A DNA stretch of 28,523 nt from Candidatus Kaiserbacteria bacterium (GTDB lineage: Bacteria; Patescibacteriota; Minisyncoccia; Phycocordibacterales; UBA918), in contig JAHFMK010000001.1 in assembly GCA_023264435.1 (NCBI GenBank), positions 1 through 28,523 of the forward strand, given 5' to 3'. The position numbers and the translations under genes are program-made. Below are positions 25,009 through 28,523 of this stretch, in pieces. Under the pieces are notes generated by a model that searched no databases, had not been told where the DNA came from, and was given only the letters and a program-made list of their open reading frames with translations. Each line of letters opens with the position of its first letter. Within the stretch, counting starts at the first letter, position 1.

Positions 25009-26040
25009 CTAAAAATTAAAGACGGGAGGAATAATACCCAGTATAACCAGACTGTTAATGAGATTAAATACTGCAAAAAGAATGACAATCAATCCTGCTG
25101 ATTTGAAAAAAATACCTGACCGTGCATTCTTGGCAATACTGAATGAACCAAAACTAATGAGTGAAAGAACGGGCAATGTACCGAGTGCAAATACAAGCAT
25201 CGTAAGACCGCCACTTATAAAACTTCCCGTCGAAAGTGCATAAAGTTGCATTGACTGTGTAAATCCACACGGGAGAAAAAATGTTGCCACGCCCACAAGA
25301 AGTGGTGTAAGTGTATGGTTGAGTGTTGCGACACCATGTGCACGACGTGCAATAAACTTTGGTACGGTGATTTGCCATTTTTTTGCACCCTGAAATATAT
25401 CTAAAAGATTGATACCGAGCATAAGCATGACAACAGCAATAATGACATTGAGTGTAACGGTCGCAATCGTATTCAATGTAAACGCTGATCCCAATGCACC
25501 AATAACCCCGCCAAAAATAAAGAAAGATACGATACGCCCTGCATGAAACATGAGTTGTGGTTTCACTCGACTTCCCTCTTTTGCAAATGTTGCAGACATT
25601 GAAAGCAAAAGTCCCCCCACTACCGCCATGCATGTAGAAAGTGATGCGATAACACCAATCACAAATGCTGTACCGTATGTCACCTCACCTCCACTCACCA
25701 CATTCACGATACCCATATTTTGGAGCGCAATAAAAACTGCAATAAAGACAAGTGCAACTGGTACCGCAGTTTTGAAGTCCTGCCACTGTGGTGCATGTAC
25801 TTGTTGTTCGACAGACACTGTATAGCCATGTGATAAAAGCGGTGCAGTCAATTCCTTCGCAATTACTTCGGGAGACTTTCCCTCAAACGCACCAACAATG
25901 TCAACAGAATGATTTTTGAGATGTGCCTTTACTTCATGCACATTCGACAAACTCCCGAGTGTCTGTTCTGTCAGTAGTACACACGCATTGCAATGCATAC
26001 CATGCACATGAAAAGTATATTTTTGCTCAGTTGTTTTCAT
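25009..26040 (-). CDS. HMA domain fused to a DsbD_2/TauE-SafE-like membrane domain
   Basis: VHGMHCNAC metal-binding loop; LSTCMAVVGG, FHAGRI, FFLPCGFTQ, FALGTLP. Confidence 0.88.
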   Translation of the reverse strand: MKTTEQKYTFHVHGMHCNACVLLTEQTLGSLSNVHEVKAHLKNHSVDIVGAFEGKSPEVIAKELTAPLLSHGYTVSVEQQVHAPQWQDFKTAVPVALVFIAVFIALQNMGIVNVVSGGEVTYGTAFVIGVIASLSTCMAVVGGLLLSMSATFAKEGSRVKPQLMFHAGRIVSFFIFGGVIGALGSAFTLNTIATVTLNVIIAVVMLMLGINLLDIFQGAKKWQITVPKFIARRAHGVATLNHTLTPLLVGVATFFLPCGFTQSMQLYALSTGSFISGGLTMLVFALGTLPVLSLISFGSFSIAKNARSGIFFKSAGLIVILFAVFNLINSLVILGIIPPVFNF

Positions 26041-26041
26041 A

Positions 26042-28339
26042 TTATAATAATTTTATATGCTTTAAACGTAATGAATTAAGCACCACCGTTACACTCTCAA
26101 ATGCCATGATTGACCCCGCAATGGCAGGGCTAAGTGTCCACCCATACACAGGAAAGAGAATACCCGCTGCAATCGGGATACCCACTGAATTGTATCCGAA
26201 TGACCAAATGAGGTTTTGCCATACCGTGCGATTGGTTCGTTTTGCGAGATTGACTGCCTCGGCAACTTTGCCAATGTCACCATTGAGTAAAACAATGTCC
26301 GAACTCTCAATTGCAATGTCTGAGCCATCACTCATAGATATTGCTACATCAGCTTGTGCAAGTGCTGGTGAGTCGTTGACGCCATCTCCAATCATCGCCA
26401 CCTTCAATCCTTTTTTTTGAAGGTCAGCAATGATACGTAATTTATCAGCGGGCTTCACCTCGGTATGCACCTCATCAATACCAAGATGCATCGCTACCGC
26501 TTCCCCTGTTTTTTTATTATCACCTGTTGCCATCACAACACGAAGCCCCAATGCTTTGAGTTTTGCAATTTCTGCCTGTGCATCTGCTTTTATCGTGTCA
26601 TGAATCTTCACGAGTGCGAGTACTGTTTTTGTATCAGCCAAATATAATTCTCGTCCACTTTCAAATTGAGCACCATCAAATTGCTTTTTCAAAGCATCTT
26701 CACTGACTCCCGTTACTTCACTCATATACCCAATTGATCCGAGATAATAAGTATTTCCTTCATAATGTGCCTTAAGTCCCTTACCGGTAATTTCTGAAAT
26801 ATCAGAAACAGATATGTTTTGTACTTTTGATACGCTGAGCCATTCTGCAATACTTGCAGAAATTGGATGTCGTGATGACTTTGTCATGGCGTAAATAAGC
26901 GATTGATGAAATGTTGCTTTTGTACTCTTCTCGTCACCCACATCATGTGCACAAAATATTCCTTCTACTGACAACTTATTCTCAGTGAGTGTACCCGTCT
27001 TATCAAAAACAATTGCCTGCACACCTGCAAGTTTTTCAAGACTTTCTGCATTTTTGATAAGAATACCCCGTCTTGCACCCGTTCCAACACCCGTGATAAT
27101 AGCGGTTGGCGTTGCGAGCCCCAAAGCACAGGGACACGCAATCACGAGGACCGCCATCATGGTAGAAAGTGCAAATGCGAGTGCTTTTGCGAAGCCCATT
27201 GAGGCAGGTGCAAAAAACATCCATGATGCAAACGTAATCACCGCAATCACGAGTACAATATATGTAAACACACCCGATATTTTATCAGCAGTTTTTTCTA
27301 TTGGTGCTTTTGAATTTTGTGCATCTTCAACAATCGTAATGATGTGTGAGAGTGCAGTATCCTTTGCGTCTTTCTCTACACGTATTTTAAGGATTCCCTG
27401 AAAATTTTGCGTTCCTGCAAAGACATTCGCCCCTACAAGCTTATCGACTGGTACCGACTCCCCCGTAAGGTTTGACTCATCCACGCTCGACGTGCCGAAG
27501 GCTACCACACCGTCCACAGGGATACGTTCATTTGGCTTTACAATTACCACATCGCCAATAACCACCTGCTCAATGGGAACTTCTATCTCACTCCCATTTC
27601 GCTCAACGAGTGCAGTCTTGCTTGTGAGCTCAGCGAGTTTTTGCAACGCTTCATTTGTCTTTCGTTTTGCATTTGTTTCAAAATATTGTCCCAGTGCAAT
27701 GAGTCCAATCACCACAATGACGACATCATAAAAATTTGAGGTCACCTCAAGGTAAGGTGCAAGTGTTTCCTCAAATGCAGTCACTGCAAAGGAATAGATG
27801 AATGCAACGATAGTAGAAATACCGACAAGCACATCCATGTTGGCAATACCCGTGCGAAGGAATATCCATACCGCTTTAATGTATCGCCGTCCAATACCAA
27901 ATAATACGAACGTTGCGAAGATAGGCATGAGATGATGAAACACTTCATATACTGTCGTCGACATTTTTGGTACAAGTGCATTATCAGCAAGTGCTTCCCA
28001 AAACATCATCACAAACGAGAAGACGACCATAGGAATAACAAATCTCATTTCAAATGCAATCGCCTGTTCACCCATCGCATGATGCATGGTGCGGTGATCC
28101 ATTCCGTTCATTGTGTCTTTTTTTGCATCATCCTCAAATATATACCCCAATGGTGCAATATCACGATTCATCATTTCAAGTGAAAGCTCTGGACCTGAAA
28201 ATGTTACCTTTGCTTTCTCATTGGCAAGCCCCACCGAAACAGAGGCAACACCTGGAACTTTACCCACTTTATCTTGAATGAGTGTGACACAACTCGCACA
28301 GTGCATCCCCTTAATCGTATATATTTTGGCGGTACTCAT
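26042..28339 (-). CDS. copA: Copper-type heavy-metal P1B ATPase
   Basis: GMHCASC, ANMDVLV, TGES, IACPCALGLATP, FDKTGTLT, HP, TGDN, GDGVNDSPAL, GYN in the penultimate TM. Confidence 0.93.
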   Translation of the reverse strand: MSTAKIYTIKGMHCASCVTLIQDKVGKVPGVASVSVGLANEKAKVTFSGPELSLEMMNRDIAPLGYIFEDDAKKDTMNGMDHRTMHHAMGEQAIAFEMRFVIPMVVFSFVMMFWEALADNALVPKMSTTVYEVFHHLMPIFATFVLFGIGRRYIKAVWIFLRTGIANMDVLVGISTIVAFIYSFAVTAFEETLAPYLEVTSNFYDVVIVVIGLIALGQYFETNAKRKTNEALQKLAELTSKTALVERNGSEIEVPIEQVVIGDVVIVKPNERIPVDGVVAFGTSSVDESNLTGESVPVDKLVGANVFAGTQNFQGILKIRVEKDAKDTALSHIITIVEDAQNSKAPIEKTADKISGVFTYIVLVIAVITFASWMFFAPASMGFAKALAFALSTMMAVLVIACPCALGLATPTAIITGVGTGARRGILIKNAESLEKLAGVQAIVFDKTGTLTENKLSVEGIFCAHDVGDEKSTKATFHQSLIYAMTKSSRHPISASIAEWLSVSKVQNISVSDISEITGKGLKAHYEGNTYYLGSIGYMSEVTGVSEDALKKQFDGAQFESGRELYLADTKTVLALVKIHDTIKADAQAEIAKLKALGLRVVMATGDNKKTGEAVAMHLGIDEVHTEVKPADKLRIIADLQKKGLKVAMIGDGVNDSPALAQADVAISMSDGSDIAIESSDIVLLNGDIGKVAEAVNLAKRTNRTVWQNLIWSFGYNSVGIPIAAGILFPVYGWTLSPAIAGSIMAFESVTVVLNSLRLKHIKLL

Positions 28340-28340
28340 G

Positions 28341-28523
28341 CTAGTTTCGTTTTAAACCGTATACTTTTAATATTTCTTTCACCGCAACTGCATCTTTTCC
28401 AGCCTTTATTTGATGTACGACACATGATTCCAAATGATTTTCCATAAGCACATCTTCTACACGTGCAAGCGCCTGCTTCACCGCAGACGTTTGTGTAATA
28501 ATATCTATACAATATGCATTGTG
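28341..28523 (-). CDS. csoR: CsoR/RcnR family metal-sensing repressor, C-terminal part (5' end beyond the window)
   Basis: Not in the ORF track. Manual translation HNAYCIDIITQTSAVKQALARVEDVLMENHLESCVVHQIKAGKDAVAVKEILKVYGLKRN* has the C-x24-H-x3-C ligand set; stop is 1 nt before the copA start. Confidence 0.92.
   Translation of the reverse strand, partial: HNAYCIDIITQTSAVKQALARVEDVLMENHLESCVVHQIKAGKDAVAVKEILKVYGLKRN

Noticed and set aside
49-28281. Dozens of 60-170 aa ORFs in the track lying antisense or out of frame to long genes (e.g. 535-1035, 2030-2674, 10044-10511, 17043-17549, 19143-19622)
   Set aside because: They are fully nested in well-supported genes, have no recognisable motifs, and have the composition expected of shadow frames.
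1-28523. Alternative genetic code 25 (TGA = Gly) as in some CPR lineages
   Set aside because: Long genes translate fully in code 11, and TGA ends genes at natural C-termini (12460, 16004-16006).
1-28523. tRNA, rRNA, riboswitch or CRISPR features
   Set aside because: Intergenic gaps are short (the largest is about 14763-15136 and is explained by a peptide gene, terminator and promoter). I recognised no cloverleaf, rRNA or repeat-spacer pattern; a covariance-model search would be needed to exclude small RNAs fully.

Overview
AT-rich, densely coding, mostly minus-strand bacterial window read in genetic code 11 (TGA is used as a stop at 12460 and 16004). Gene content, many N-terminally membrane-anchored proteins and the absence of obvious Shine-Dalgarno motifs suggest a Patescibacteria/CPR (Parcubacteria-like) genome; this is inference, not proof. 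Contents in order: a truncated secreted bactofilin-like repeat protein; two small membrane proteins; a glycosidase/DMT transporter/GH1 block; a DEDD-type exonuclease; a half-deleted YHYH protein; an ATP-grasp ligase fused to a retropepsin-like domain plus a 7TM partner; rlmB and a divergent SAM methyltransferase; a membrane-anchored ClpA-like ATPase with a degenerate first AAA ring plus a coupled membrane partner; a tandem pair of M14 carboxypeptidases (one intact, one apparently catalytically dead, sharing a 48-bp identical tract); an unannotated 37-aa acidic peptide; an AbrB-like/LUD/membrane/VOC operon; a MarR-headed efflux locus with one MFS pump, one MacB-type ABC pump and three atypical adaptors; and a csoR-copA copper cluster. 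No rRNA, tRNA, CRISPR array or transposase was recognised. The most interesting signals are (i) a conserved ~90-aa beta-rich domain inserted at the hairpin tip of two efflux adaptors in a locus with no TolC, together with domain-deleted adaptors, (ii) the membrane-tethered half-dead Clp ATPase, (iii) the ligase-protease fusion with its 7TM partner, (iv) the enzyme/pseudoenzyme M14 pair, and (v) a recurrent -10 box 6-7 nt before ATG, implying leaderless mRNAs. All family calls come from motif recognition by eye; no database search was run.
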